Below, piece by piece: positions 1 through 12,400 of a stretch of DNA of 52,595 nt. The position numbers and the translations under genes were made by a program. This DNA comes from Spirogloea muscicola (Eukaryota). Position 1 is the stretch's first letter, and the number at the start of each line of letters is the position of its first letter. The notes beneath the pieces are model-generated. The model saw only the letters and a program-made list of their open reading frames with translations. It searched no databases and had not been told where the DNA came from. The DNA lies in contig WELB01000021.1 of the NCBI GenBank assembly GCA_009602725.1, positions 1,002,634-1,055,228 on the forward strand, in the 5' to 3' direction.

Positions 1-200
1 TGGACCACTCAGTAGTTACGAGTGAGGAGCCTCAAATTCGACAGACTAGCTGCCAGAAAACTATCCACCTGACGAAAGCCGGAGGCCGCAGCAAGAGCAC
101 GGCCAGCACGCATATGCAAGGCGTGGGCCATGGACCGCTGAAGGGAGACGGACAATCGCATACGATATACCTGAGCCCACGAGCCAGCGGCGTTGAAGTC
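1..200 (-). mobile_element. 5'-truncated CRE-like non-LTR retrotransposon, family B (endonuclease C-terminus; 3' UTR runs off the window)
   Basis: Minus-strand translation DFNAAGSWAQVYRMRLSVSLQRSMAHALH...LLTRNY*. Close DNA match to 51690-51890 and to the reverse complement of 33950-34150. Confidence 0.9.
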
Positions 201-202
201 AG

Positions 203-450
203 AAAAGGTAGTGCCAGGAGCCAGCGACCGGAGGCCGTGTGTCAGCAGCTAATGACCCTGGGGGGCGGCACCGTGGGCGCGGCCTGGGGCGCCCTCCACT
301 TTTTTTTGGGCTGGCTTTGCCAGCCCCACTTCTCTATGGGCGCGCACTTCTTCTTGCCCTGGCAAAGCTGGGCCCAACAGCGAGCCGTCGCGGCGCACCG
401 TGAGCCAATCTGCCGCGAGCACGTTTCCCCGGCCAAAAAACGCCGGGAAA
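203..450 (+). mobile_element. 5' end (5' UTR module) of a family A retrotransposon, interrupted by a 60-bp insert
   Basis: Aligns with the reverse complement of 33460-33640 (tagtgccaggagcc..gaccggaggccgtgtgtcagcagc..gaccctggggggcggcacc). Confidence 0.85.
296..355 (+). mobile_element. 60-bp family A 3'-end fragment flanked by a 5-bp target-site duplication GCCCT
   Basis: gggctggctttgccagcccc..tctctatgggcgcgcacttcttctt matches the 3' end of the full-length copy. GCCCT occurs at 291-295 and 356-360, and the homologous site near 33550 is uninterrupted. Confidence 0.85.
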
Positions 451-539
451 GCCCCGTTTCTCGGCGGTGCTGGCTGGGTCGGCGGCCGCCCGGTGGCGCC
501 CGGCCCGCGTGGCGGCGACGCCGTTGCGCGCGCGAAGGA

Positions 540-730
540 GTCGCTAAACTGGCTGCTCTGGCTCTCGCCCACTCAGCTCATCTGACTTCCTCCTGCTGAC
601 ATGGGGTACTAAGAGCGCCATGTCTGCCTAGCCTGGCTGTGGCTTCGCCACTATAGTCATGGACGTCCTCTGTATAAACCTGGCTGGCTTATGAAGCCGC
701 TCTATTGTTGACAGCAGCCGTTTCCTTTCC
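540..730 (+). mobile_element. family C retrotransposon 3' fragment
   Basis: ...ctcagctcatctgacttcctcctgctgacatggggtactaagagcgcc.. matches 36365-36500 and 23535-23670 (SSSDFLLLTRGY*). Confidence 0.85.
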
Positions 731-859
731 ATTTGGGATACCAATCTCCATTGGGATAGCCACTTTCTGGCACGCCGCTTAGTCTGCGCTAACTCCCGAT
801 CCTTGGCCGGCGGCCGCGAGCGCGGGATTGCGGAGGCGCGCGCCCTGCGCTGCTGTGAT

Positions 860-1950
860 CGATTGTCACCCCGTTTGCCAGGAATATATTCGTGTCCAAA
901 TAGTTAGGGGTTGCAGCAACAATTGAAGCAAGGTGTGTGTAGTCGTACTTCAATGGTTGAGCAGCCTGCTTGGCGTCAGACAACACTGCTTATCTTCATC
1001 TTGCTTTCCTGCCCGAGAAGTAGCAACTGCAGCTAGTTTAGCTTTGTTGATGGCATCAGCTTGACAGCTGGCTAACTCTTTTACAGCTGGTCCAGGTGCT
1101 TCTGCAGTCTGTCGAATTGAGATTCTTCCTTTCTCGAGAAGTGAGTAGAAGAAGATTCTGGAGCTGAGCAGGAAAATTATTGGGATTTTCATCCAGCATT
1201 GCAATTCGACATGACCCGACCTTCCGCAATAAGAACAAGTCGCTCCAAACGTCTGATGCAAGGCAATGCAATGTCACTTCATGGGACCTGTCTTACCACA
1301 AGTGCGGCAAGTCACAACAGCTAGTGGTCGGTAATGGTTAGCTCTATGGTCCATCTTCTGAGCATTACCAGGTTCAGCCCCATGCTGCCTCCATCTCTAA
1401 GTCGCCACCACCAGTGCATGAATGCAAATCCTGCCCCGCCACTGCTAGTGCCCCATGATTTCTGGCCACTATGGATCTCAAAGCCGGTCAACATGCCTGC
1501 GGCAGATCTCAATGAAGAAGAGGCTGCATGACTGACGTGATTTGAAAACTGGCACAGCAGGATCACTCCAAGCGCACAATGGGATGCATGAGCTGCATAG
1601 GCAGGCCCTCGATGAGGTGCCGATGCATGTGAAGGTCCTTGACATGGGCATTGCTGCAGCAGTAGGAGCTGCATCAGTGACTGCAGCAGCCCGAAGAGAT
1701 GGTGAGTAGGTCTTGACCACTCTCTTGGCAGACTAAAGCTCTCTATTGAGTAATGTGAGGCTTGGATGGAGGATGCAGGCGTTGGCTGACTACCTTTGAT
1801 ACAAACGTTATGGTCCTTGAAGCTACTCAAAGACCCTGCATGCTTGACCATATCGCACTGAGATAGATGGATGGATTTTCAAATGCGACTTAGATCTACT
1901 TTGTCCTCCTTGCGAATATTAGAGGCCTTCTTGCTGGCACAAACTGATGA
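860..1950 (-). pseudogene. degenerate LTR-retrotransposon (Ty1/copia-like) gag relic with CCHC zinc knuckle
   Basis: CSYCGRSGHVELQCWMK (CX2CX4HX4C) at ~1185-1235. The upstream fragment LYQR..ANACILH..LTLL.RELxSxKSVVKTY resembles copia gag. Many stops and frameshifts; no LTR or pol seen. Confidence 0.6.
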
Positions 1951-2149
1951 GCTCCAAACAGCTGCAAAATGAAACAGTCTTCATTACTTCCAGAGATGCA
2001 CCTTGGCGATGGATGCAATCTAAATGGTCCAAGCTTCACCTAATTGGCCAGCCTATACACTTGGCATACAGTATGGGTGGTTGTGAGCTGTGATTGGTAT
2101 CATGTATTCCACAGAAACGGCGTGATTGATATGCAATGCACAAGTGCTG

Positions 2150-3230
2150 ACAGGATGTCAGGATTCCTCAATCAGGGGGAGGTTCCCAAGATGCCTGCCG
2201 CAGACTGTCTGACCAGTGCAGAGGCTTATTAAAATTTAGGTCAGTGCTCTGTACTTGATGCTGAAGCACGAAGATCAGATGCAAGTGACACCTCAGTAAG
2301 ACCAGCTCAGCAGCATCCAAATGCCTCAAGGCGCGGCGAGTTGGAAACCATGCCTGCAGCCAGGTGGATATGATGGAGCAGGTCATGCCACATGTCCTAT
2401 CAATGGCCCAATGCCCGTTCTCAGCAAGCAAGTACCCATGCAGAGCGTGACATCTCAAACAAGAGCAGGCTGCACTGCTTGAGAAAGCTCGACCACAAGG
2501 AGCAAGCCTAGGACGCCTAGCATCTAGCTTTTGTTTGGCAGAAGTAACTCAAATGGGCTTGTACCAGGACTAGGTGGAATAGACGATTTATCTATAACGG
2601 AGCGCACTGGACTAGAAACAGAGAGTCATTCACAATCTATTATCGGTTCTCCCAAAAGATCGTGATAGCTTCTGAAGTCAAGGAAGCCAGTGCAAAGCAG
2701 GGGCGCCAGCATGCTCGGGACGGGTCAAAAGGCTGGGTCAACGAGGCTACTTTTACATTGTCACCTGGAGGACGTTGTTACACTCGTTGCTTGCAGCAGT
2801 GATGCTATCCAAGAAGGAGGACAGGACCACGAGTGTCGGAGGTTCTAGATGCAGTGCCGTACTTGCCAATGTGGGCCTCCAGCACTCCAGAAGCATCAAG
2901 AGGTTACTTCGAAGATGTGTGGCTGTCGCTCGGGCAGTTCTGCAGAGATGCCATGATTTCAGAAGTGTGCTGCTTATGTAGAAGACCTGCCAGACGATTC
3001 ACAGACATACACTGCACAGATGTTACATTTGCACCGCCACACCCCGGATGCTGGTCGCCTCTCTTGGACCGCTACATTGTCTGTCCTCTGGTATGCGGAA
3101 GAGGGGGCCCACAGGTTGACTGAGCTCGACAAGCATTCATACACCACCAAACTTTCAATTTGGCAGCTAGAGGATGGAGCGACGTGTGCGACGACCAATG
3201 GAGTTATGAGCTCAGTTAGTGCTATGGAGG
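2150..3230 (-). pseudogene. decayed copy U1 of an unidentified multi-copy protein family
   Basis: Motifs LLKSWHL..TA..TATHL, VLGLLLVVELSQ, WLQAWFP and IKYRA occur in the same order as in 14440-15030(-). Stops and frameshifts present. Confidence 0.55.
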
Positions 3231-3689
3231 CCATACCGGGAGAAGGAGAGTGAAGCCGAGAACCGACCAGACCATGTCACTGGCGCGCGCGCGCCAGCGG
3301 GGGAAGAAGAGAGAGGCGTGCGGTGGGGGCGAGGCCTCGATCGCGGCCAATGCACGGCTCGTGGTGCAAAGAGCCAGAGGGAAGCGGGCGAGGGGGCTGC
3401 GGCGGGCGAGCTGAGGTCGCCGCGGGCGCGGGGCGAGGGACGGGTCTGGGCCTGCCTCACTCCTCCCGTGGCTTTGAGGAGGGGAGGAGGGAGGGAGGAG
3501 GGGAGACCGGAAGGCGCGAGTGAGGGCGGGCGACTTTCCTAGCCTCCCCTGCCCGCTTCCCAGCAGCTTCTCAAGGACAGGGCAAGCTGGGGGGGGCGGC
3601 ATCCGGGGGAAGCGACAGCGCCCCCGCGGGTGCGGCCCTTTTCTCACGTCTGGGATTGGCAGCTTCTCGGAAGAAAGGGGCTCTTCAGA

Positions 3690-3860
3690 GAGAAGTGGCT
3701 CTCTCAAATGGTGCAAGGGCTGTGAAAAGCCAGCCCGAAAAGAATTGACAAAGGCTCGAAAGGGCCAAAATGACGGAGGGGCCGAAAGCGCTAATGTCAG
3801 AACGGGTGTAGGATGGACCACTCTGTAGCTACGAGTGACGAGCCCCAAATCCGACAGACA
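3690..3860 (-). mobile_element. family B (subtype B2) 3' fragment
   Basis: GLVTRSY followed by a 3' UTR and the gggctggcttttcacagccc..gagagccacttctct terminus; matches 25810-25915. Confidence 0.85.
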
Positions 3861-4189
3861 GCAACGAAAGCTTCACGTAGCTATGCAACTACCACGAAGG
3901 TTGCTTGAGTCGGTTGCCGAGGATACCGTGGGAAGAGGAAGGGCTCGCTTGGAGAAGAGGGGCTGGCAACGCCAGCCCATAAAGAAATTCCAAAGGCGTG
4001 CTCAGAGAATGTGAATGGGTCGCTGTGCCGGGGTGGCGCAATTGATCACTAAGAGCGCCGACTTCCTATGTACATGCAGCTGGTGAACTGATGACATGGT
4101 GCAGTTGCACAGCCCTTGCCCCAATTGGGAGAGCCACTTTCTATCTGTCAATGAGGCGAAGGCGGCGACGCATGAAACTTTGCCGCGAC

Positions 4190-5606
4190 CGGCGGCGCCT
4201 TCTGCGGCGGCCATCGGGGGATGGGAAAGCGGCTTCCCCGGCCAAGTTCGCTTGGGCGCAGCGGTTCCTCGCCTTCTCCGCTTTCCATGCCGCCACCACG
4301 CCACCTCCGCCGCCGCCCCCTCCGCCTTTCCCCCTCCCCGCACCATCGCCCCCACCTGCCCCCCCCATCTCTCCCGCTGCCGTTTTCCCCGCCTATGGCA
4401 TCCGCGCGCGTGCCGTGCCCAACTTGTCCGCGGGATTTTGCTACTCCCCGCGGTGTCTCCTCGCACCGGAACACTGCAAGGGGTATCCCAACCCCGCTGG
4501 CTCGACGCCCGATGCGGCCGCCGCAGCCTGCACCCCCAACGCCACTGTCTTGGCAGCCGCACTTCAGGAACAGATCCCGGAGGAGCATATCTCGCCTCCC
4601 GCCCCAGGGCCGCCGTCACCACCGCCGTCGCCGCCGCCGCCGCCATGTCCGCCGCCGCCGTCGCCGCCGCCGCCGCCACAGAGTCCACCTTCGCCGTGCC
4701 AGCCAGCCGATGCGGCCGTCGCGGCTTGCGGCCCCATCGCCACGGTCCTGGCAGCCTCACCTCAGGAGCAGACCATGGAGGAGCATGTATCGCCACCCGC
4801 CCGTGAGAAGCAACGGGCACCTGCTTTTATCGACTCAGCCCTCGAGACGTGAAGGGCCCCCCGAGGTGAACCCGGTCTTTCCGCAGGGTGCCTTGTCCCC
4901 TGGGCATGATGCTGCCCCTGATATCCCCGTGAGTGTGCCTTCCGTGGCAGCAGGGCCGCCGTCCCCACCGCCGTCGCTGCCGCATCTGCCGCCGTCACCA
5001 CCGTCGCCGCCGTTGCCACCACCGCCACCCCAGCGTCCACCTCTGCTGAGCCAGCCACCTGCCTCGTCCTCGCCGCCGCCTCCCGGGTCTGCGCTTCTGC
5101 CTTCCCAGCCACCCACCATCCCGCCTCTCGAGCCGCCCTGCCCCCCGCCGTTGCCGCCCTCGACGCCGCCCTCGCCACCGCCGCCTCCGCCTCCACCGCG
5201 CGCACCAACTCCACCGCCCTCGCCCCCACCTCGCTCGCCCGACCCGCTGCTGTGCCAGCACTGCCAGACGACCTTTACCACGCGGTCAGGCCAGGCCAAC
5301 CACGAGCGCGCCTGCGCGCTCAACAACAACCGTGCGGCACAGGCGCGGAGCGCAGCGGCTGCGGGCGGCCGCCGGGGCAGACCAGGCAGGCATGTCCCAA
5401 CCGCGCCAACCCCTCCCACGCCTAAACACTGGCAGTGGCTGGCCGGCCTCGACCTCGCTGCCATCCACCGCCAGGCGGCCCTCCCGCTCCTCCGCCATGT
5501 GCCCCGCGGGGTGCGCCCGCATATTCGCCGCGCGCTCCGCCCGGCGATGCAGCGGATTGCCAGGGACCACCAGGACGAGGCGGCTTGGAATTAGTTTCGC
5601 CTCTTC
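4190..5606 (+). mobile_element. internal N-terminal fragment of family A (Pro-rich region, two zinc fingers, sequence upstream of RT)
   Basis: Reverse-complement match to 31885-33250. Contains CPTCPRDFATPRGVSSH and CQHCQTTFTTRSGQANHERAC. Frameshifted, and breaks off at DEAAWN*. Confidence 0.9.
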
Positions 5607-6809
5607 CCTGCTACCGTATGCGTTTGTCTATGTCGCTACAGCGTTCCCAACTCTGACTCTCTGCTCCTTCCTACACAATAGTTGAGTATATGCGTTGACT
5701 TCCTGGTCACGCTGAGACAACGGTATGCCAAACCTTGCAGCATACTCGGCATGTTTCTCGCCCTGTTCAAACATTGCGGATATCCTCTCGCTGTTTTGAC
5801 CGCCACTTGGTGTTGCATTGCTGTCAACACTGCAGTGAGTTTTTGTGAAGCCAGGGCATGCGTGCATTACTCTCTACTGTCAAAGACCGTTCGCCAAGAC
5901 CTGTGGTGGAGCCGGGCCACTCGCGGGGCGGCGCGGGAGGAGCCACTACAGAGAAAGGCCGGCGGTGCGCACGATTTGAAAACATGGCCAATCTAATCCA
6001 GAACACTTTTCAGCCAAAGGTGCAAAAGAGAGAACGCGCGTGTTGCAAAATGCTCATGTCGCCGCCGCCTGCTCCTGCTGAGCAAGCATTAGCGAAGAGC
6101 CGGAGCAGCGCGCCGATAGGAGTTAAGGAGAGACGCACTCTTGCAATTTCAGCAGGCCCGCCCAAACCGAGGCAAACCGCAACTTGCAGAGCCAATTAGC
6201 TGACGTGCCCACGGCGGAATCGCGACAAATCTCCGTTTTGCGGGGAAGATAGTGCCTGCGGCGCGCCGGCACCCGCCCGTGCGGTCCCGCCCCCGGAGGT
6301 CCGCCCGCTTTGGCAGCCTGGCAACGCTGTGCCACAATCTGGCTCTGAGCCCCTGGCCCTCCGCCCCTTCTCTGGCAACAAACTCCGGCTCCAGGCTCCT
6401 GGCCTGCCACCCTGAGCCGGCTCGGAAAGCTTCGGGCTGGGGCAATATGCGACTGCCGAGTGCCACGTGCCAGCTGCTCTATCGGCTGGGCGCAGAGGGC
6501 TGATCGAGCCGCCTGCGCGGGGACGGGGGGGAAACGCGTTGGGGCCCCGAGGCCGGGGCGTCGGCCCATCATCTTCCTTCCTGCCGCCGCCGAGAATAAG
6601 ATGAAAGTGCTCAAGAATAAGGACTCGCCGATGGTGCCGAGAAGACTTGCCCAGCGCTGCCGCCGACGCAGACTGGGCGAGCTTGCCGACGCTGCTGTGC
6701 TCTGCCGCGCAATCGGCCTGCCTTCATGCGAAGTAAGCTCACCCTAAGAGCCGAGGGGGCTGTGAAATGCCCGCCCGAAAAGAAGGGACAAGGTCCGTAG
6801 GGGCCGAAA

Positions 6810-7130
6810 AGAAGAAGTGGCTCTTCCGATGGGGGCAAGGGCTGTAAGAAGCCAGCCCAAAGGTTCGAAGGGGCCAAACTACAAAGGGGCCAGAGGCGCT
6901 AGCTCGAACCTACGGAAGGATGGATCGCTAAATAACAAGGAGTGAGGAGCCTCAGATCCGACGGACTAGCTGGCAAAAAAAATCCCCTTGACGAAAGCCA
7001 AAAGCGCTGACTCCCACAACTATCAGGAAAGGGCGGTGGATGTGAGAGGCCAGCCCTGAAAGAAAAGTGAACAAAGTTCGAATGGGCATACCTTCCACTG
7101 GGCTGACCTCTCACAGCCATTGCCTTACGC
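6810..7130. mobile_element. stack of three retrotransposon 3' fragments (two minus, one plus)
   Basis: 6810-7000(-) SPSDLRLLTPCY-like end plus hairpin terminus; 7038-7085(-) and 7095-7125(+) GGCTG..CAGCC termini. Confidence 0.75.
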
Positions 7131-7539
7131 TCTCCGACGTAAGCTGTATCTTAAGCTGTAAGCAGTATCTTTTGTTCTCTCTTCTTTGGAGGAGACCCCA
7201 CTTCCGTCCACTCTCTGCCGCCTCCTCAGAGCCTCTGCCTTTCAGGGAGGCCTAGTCTTCACAGTTGCCTTATTGTTTGTGGAGGAGCTTCTTCTGAGGA
7301 CCCGCCGGTTCCACAAGCCAGGTAGCAGCCACACCGTGGCCATGAAGGGGGATACCATCCATGGTCAGTTTAGGTTACAGCAATCGGTGGGGGCCGCGTG
7401 GCGGCTCCAGCTTTGGCGGTCCGCCGCTGCAGAGATCGAGGGCCCTCTCTTCGCCAAGGAGTCCCGGCGCGCCACTCGAACACTAGCCCATTCTCTCCTC
7501 CGCCAGCCGGCATCACCGGCCCCCCGCGGCCCCGACTTC

Positions 7540-10457
7540 CCGGCTGCTCGGCAGCGCTGCGGGCGACGCCACGGCCTCCGGCGGCGCAGCCGCGTCGCTC
7601 GCTGCGGCCAGCGGACGTTCTTCAGGCACCAGGGTCGCTAGCCAGTGACGCGAGGCAAGGCGCGGCGAGCAGCCTACAGTTGCCCTGGTGAGACGACTGC
7701 GTGGTGGCAGGCGATGTGCGAGGCACTAGTGCGGTCACACGTCGGCAGAACCTGACCATCTAGCACCCGGGGCCCTAGTGGTTCCTGCTCTACTATTGGG
7801 CCCCTCGAGCAGCCACATTGCACCTGACTTGGGTCTTGGCTGAACCCTGCAGATATTTGACTGGCAGCGAGGCTCTGAAGTCGTCTCATTCTTGGCCTTT
7901 CTGATACCTTGTGTGCTCACCAGGCAGCAGGCCATACTTTGCTTGCATTCTTGTCCGCTGAGCCCCTGGGAAGTTGTGGGGAGCTAGCCCTTGTGCGGGC
8001 TGGGGCCCCAGGCAGCTGACAAGCGCCAACCATGGAAGTCTCGTGCGAGAAGCAGCCGTCTTAATGCAGCTCCTTTTTGCATCGCTGATGAAAAGATCTG
8101 CCCACGGCATAGACATCCAACTCCCACTTTACAGATAACGTGTTCGTAAATGCAACCACGACTATGGTGATGACCAAGTCCAACGTGAAAGCTGAACTGC
8201 ACTGAAGTAAGCATACCCTTTCCCTCGCTGACCAGTCATAGTGTATCAGCATCTGCGAAGGTCTCTGCATGTGTATTTCTGTAAGAACCTTTCACCAATG
8301 CTGCCTTTTGCAAGTAAGAAGCATGCTGACATGCTATCGTTGTGATGTACTTGACACGCTCATCCGAATCTCAACCAGGCGGTCCGATGTAAGCCGTGTT
8401 CTCCCAGTACACTAGTGCTGCTCCTTGTTAGCCGTCATTATTATAGATGACCTGTGACGACAGCAACTATGTAGATATCTGTGGTCCAGAAGTCACAAAA
8501 TTGACTGAGAAGCCTGACATAAGGCAGGCACTAATGGTATAGGTTCGATCCAACTCCTAACACAGCCTTACCAACACGTTGCATTTTGCAGATGCATACA
8601 GAGCCAGCCTGAATCGATGGCTGCCCAACAATTGGGATGCCTGGTCTGTCAAGTGCAACAAAGCTTGCAACAAATCCTCCGTGAAGGCATATCCTTAATC
8701 AATATGTGGAAGCTCAAATTCGAATTCGACCCAACGCCTAAGGAGGCCATCCATCTCCTGGAAAGAAAGATTGGCCGCGTTGATGACCCGCTTTCAGAGG
8801 AGGAGGCGAGGTTGGTTCCTGAAATTGACGTTCATTCTGATGAGCCTGCGAGGCTCCTGCAAAGTATGTGGCCCCCTACAGTCATTTGGAAACATCTGCC
8901 CTGTCAAGATCTAACTTGGTTGAGAAACCAGTAACAAGTAGCCTGTCCTTCCATCATGTGTGTAAATCAATTGGCCTTGAAATGATTGGTCCCAAGTGTC
9001 GAGATCTAACAGGATTGAATCACCAGTAATACCTAGCCTCACCTTGGATCATATTTGAAGAGCAATCGGCTGAGCCTAAACAGAATAGCTTAAACTCTTG
9101 ACTTCCACAACCCATAGCTAGGAAGCTTGCAGCAAAGATGGTCTTTGCTCTATTACCCTTCACAGCACATCCTTGAGGGTGGCATTAAACAATTGACCAA
9201 GGACTTGCTATGGTCTCTGGACTACAGGTCGAGACTGCAATGGGAGCCATATCTGCAACTTCTTTACCAAGCTGAGGGGGGCTGCAAGACAACGCAAACA
9301 TGGGAGAAAGGTTGTCGTTGAAGAGCGTTGCATTGGCAAATAGAAATGCTCTCGTGGAGCGCACGACATTCGTGACAATGACAGCTTAGTTGGAAAATGG
9401 ACAGAACTTCATTACTACAGTTGTGTACAGGAAAGGCCAAGACACGAATTCCGTTTAACATATTGGGTTATGATTCATGTGTTGTATTGGGTTCTGCTTG
9501 CGCGGGGCTTCCAGCAGCCGGCAATGCGAGGACTAGCTGCACAAGATGCCTGCATTGCTTGTCACCTTGATGTACGCACACTGGATACTGCAAGGCCATC
9601 ACAAGTCCGCGCATAGTCATTGCTTTGCCGAAGCATCTACCTGCATTGAGAGTGTTAATTCCTGAAAGCTACTGCTTTGGCTGGTCTCTGCACCTCCTCT
9701 TGCCTTGTATTTCATGCTAATTACGAAGATAGGCTGACCACCTCAACAATTTTAACACTTTCAACTGTGCAGAACAGCATGGCGCTGTGCAAGCTCTTTC
9801 GCAGAGACTGGGAACTCAACCTGGATCTGGCCGCCAACTACCAAGCTCCAGTCCAAGTCCTAGCCCCAGCCCCAAATCCAGCCCCAGCTAGGGAGGTAAT
9901 ATTGTCCCTAACCTGAAAATCTGGCTCTACTGATGTACAACAGCTTCTCGGGCAGGCAGTTTGATCCTTGTGTGCGAAGGCTCATTCAGACTTTCGTGTA
10001 CAGCTCTGCGACAGGCTCAATCTCTCATGATGGACATGCAGGAGATTGGTCCTTATTATATTGTCTTCACGGTCCAGGCTCACTGGCTACAACAAACATA
10101 ACAAAAACTGTGTCCACTCTGGCATGTGCAGGCTCATGCCACACATGAGCATCTGGTGGCCCAGTCTTCCTTGGGGAAAAGGCAGGAAAGCTGCACCTCT
10201 GATGACTCTCTTTGCTGACAAGGGCGTATGCAGAGGGCGCTAGACAGCCCAGACCGACAAATCATGATGGAGCAGAGTCATCGCAAGTAGCTTTACAGCG
10301 AGTCAACAAGGCTAGTAAAGGGAAAGGGAAGCTGCATGATGAAGAAGCAGCCGCATTTTCAGGAGATGTGGATTGGGAAAATTCCGAGGAGCTACTAAAC
10401 ACTACCTGTGACGACTACAACGACTTTCTTCAATATCTGAATGATGGACCAGAGTAG
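7540..10457 (+). pseudogene. divergent NAC-like gene 1 (Cys motif + NAC); in-frame stop
   Basis: Exon 8592-8863 GCLVCQ..WKLKFEFDPTPKEAIHLL..LVPEIDVHSDEPARL (subdomains A/B). Exon from 9228 GRDCNGSHICNFF..GK*KC..LVGKWTELHYY..TYWVMIH (C/D) with TAG at 9341-9343 in place of the conserved Trp. Exon 9773-9895 MALCKLF (E). Last exon ends at 10457. Upstream 7660-7690 and 7985-8060 are homologous to 17090-17120 and 17370-17440. Confidence 0.75.
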
Positions 10458-10999
10458 ACAGGAGCTACAAGGTCCTTCTTTGGAAGAGCACCCATATGTC
10501 TTCTCTTCTTGTGGCTTGTAGGCCTGATGAAGCAGTTTCGTATAGCAAGAATGCTGAGGGCTTCAGGGACACTACTTCGAATCACACAAATCTCAGACAT
10601 CATCTTTCTATAAACAAGCGTGACTGGTGGGGCTTCAAAGTTAATCATTGAGGACAGACTATTGTTACAAAACGTGCCAAGAAGCGTATCTTCTTCGGTC
10701 GTGTGCTGTCTCTGCATAGTTCTCTCATGACTTGTACCATTCTAGACGGAATGCTCAGCACATGCATAAAGTGCTCTGTCTTGTCTTGCTTCGCTTTCTC
10801 GTGATACAGGTAACATAATCATCCTCTCGACTTCGAACATTATGAGCCATTTCGTACACTGCACGTGAACAACACCCAGTCGAGAAGAATTTGACTATCT
10901 CTGTCAGACTTCATTGAGCACTAATGAAGCACCTGGACCGGGCCCTCCCTCCCTCTCCAGCAGCGCAGGGTTGCGTGTATTCTCTTCGATGCTGGCATC

Positions 11000-11860
11000 C
11001 TAGCGAGCGCGGCGGCTTTCGTCCAGCACCTGGTCTTCCTCGACGCGCCATCGCTTCTGCAGCAGGCCTCCCTGCCGGTCAGCGCCGCGGTTCAGGCTGC
11101 CGTCCACTTGCTTGCGCCTGCGAGGCGGCGTATCTGGGCAGCTGTGCGGGGATCGCCGCTGTCCCAGCCCTTTATCTTGCACGGCGGTCGCGCATTGGAG
11201 CTGGCAGAAGCCGCGTTGACAACGGCCCGCTGCCATTCCAGAGCTTACTGCTTTCCAGACGGCCCTCCACTCAGCCGGCGGTGTGCTGCCGGCGGCCCAC
11301 CCCAACCTGGTGAAGCGGGCAGTCCCTTTGTTACCTTGTTGCTCTTTCAGACTGTCATTCCTTTCTCTCTTTGTTTGTGCTGGCCTCTCACAGCCAGTGC
11401 CTTACAATGGAAGGAGCTGTTCTTCTGCGCACCTTGCGTTTCCCGCCGACCTGCGTGCCCGTGCGTCGAGAAGGCAGTCTTTGACTTGACTGTGGAGCTT
11501 CCGCAGACGGACGATCATCGTAGGCACACCCGGCTGTTGAAGTAGCAGCTCTTCTGAAGTGGGCGAGGGCTGCGCAAAGCCAGCCCAAGTAGAATGAACA
11601 AGGTCCGAAGCCAGTGAGCGCTTCCAAAGGTGGCGAGGGCTGTGAGAGGCCAGCCCCAAAAGATTGGACAAGGTCCTAAGGGGCCGGCAATCGCTGAATT
11701 AGACAGCCATGTAAGTACCTAAAAGGATGGTCTCTCTCTTATCCGTAGTTAGCAGCCGCAGTTGTGATTCTAGCAGCTAAGAAGCAACTCCCCTGCGGAT
11801 AGCCGGAGCGAACCCGTCCCCTTCCCGATGGTCCGCGTACTCGGCGTGCTTGCCACGATC
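11000..11860. mobile_element. degenerate CRE-like fragments and 3' ends
   Basis: 11000-11340(+) PSERGG..ACEAAYLGS..RALE matches the post-RT region of the full-length copy. Hairpin termini at 11378(+), 11560-11590(-) and 11638(-). 11740-11860(-) is an endonuclease-end remnant. Confidence 0.7.
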
Positions 11861-12269
11861 GCCATTGGCTGCAAGAGAACAAGTATCGCTACAACAAGGC
11901 CATCTCTGAACGTAGTAAAGCTGCCACACAGTTCTCCAGCTCACCATGCACCTCAGATCCTTCTGTAGTGTAAGCCGCACGCTTTTCAGTGTGTGCCCGT
12001 ATGCACGCTTGTTTGGACAGAACATTCGGCCATTAATGGTGTGAGCAGTCCATGCAGGTACTTGGGTCAGGCTGCGTGACAAAGTGGATGAATGCGGAGC
12101 AGCATGAGGCTGATTTGCCTGGGTTCGCGATGAGGTGGGCCAGCTGCTAGTGGCGAATCCTTCTACACAACTAAGAGAGGCTCGTCCAAAAGGAAAGGCC
12201 AAAAGGGCATTTTCCAGTGAAAAAACCCAACAGCACAACCTGCTCGGCAAAAGTAAGTGATTATAGCAG

Positions 12270-12400
12270 ATGGCCACTCATCAACCCCCTGGTCAACGGC
12301 CGGCTTAACTCCAGCACCTGGGAAGAGTCGCCCCGCCGATCTCCTGAGGCGGCATCCAAGGCACGGCCAGCTCGCAGGTGAAAGGCGACGGGTTGCTGCA
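12270..12400 (-). mobile_element. degenerate CRE-like C-terminal fragment
   Basis: LQQPVAFHLRAGRALDAASGDRRGDSS, compare LHLRAGRALAAASGFRQGDS. Confidence 0.75.

Larger units (their letters stand above)
826..3860. repeat. ~3 kb segment duplicated in inverted orientation at 25810-28976
   Basis: Continuous high-identity reverse-complement match. ORF 1321-1851(-) corresponds to 27918-28421(+), 2833-3123(+) to 26566-26937(-), and 3770-3860 to 25810-25915. Confidence 0.93.

Noticed and set aside
4091..5594. Pro-rich ORFs resembling an extensin/pherophorin gene
   Set aside because: No signal peptide, and the sequence is a copy of the retrotransposon N-terminus.
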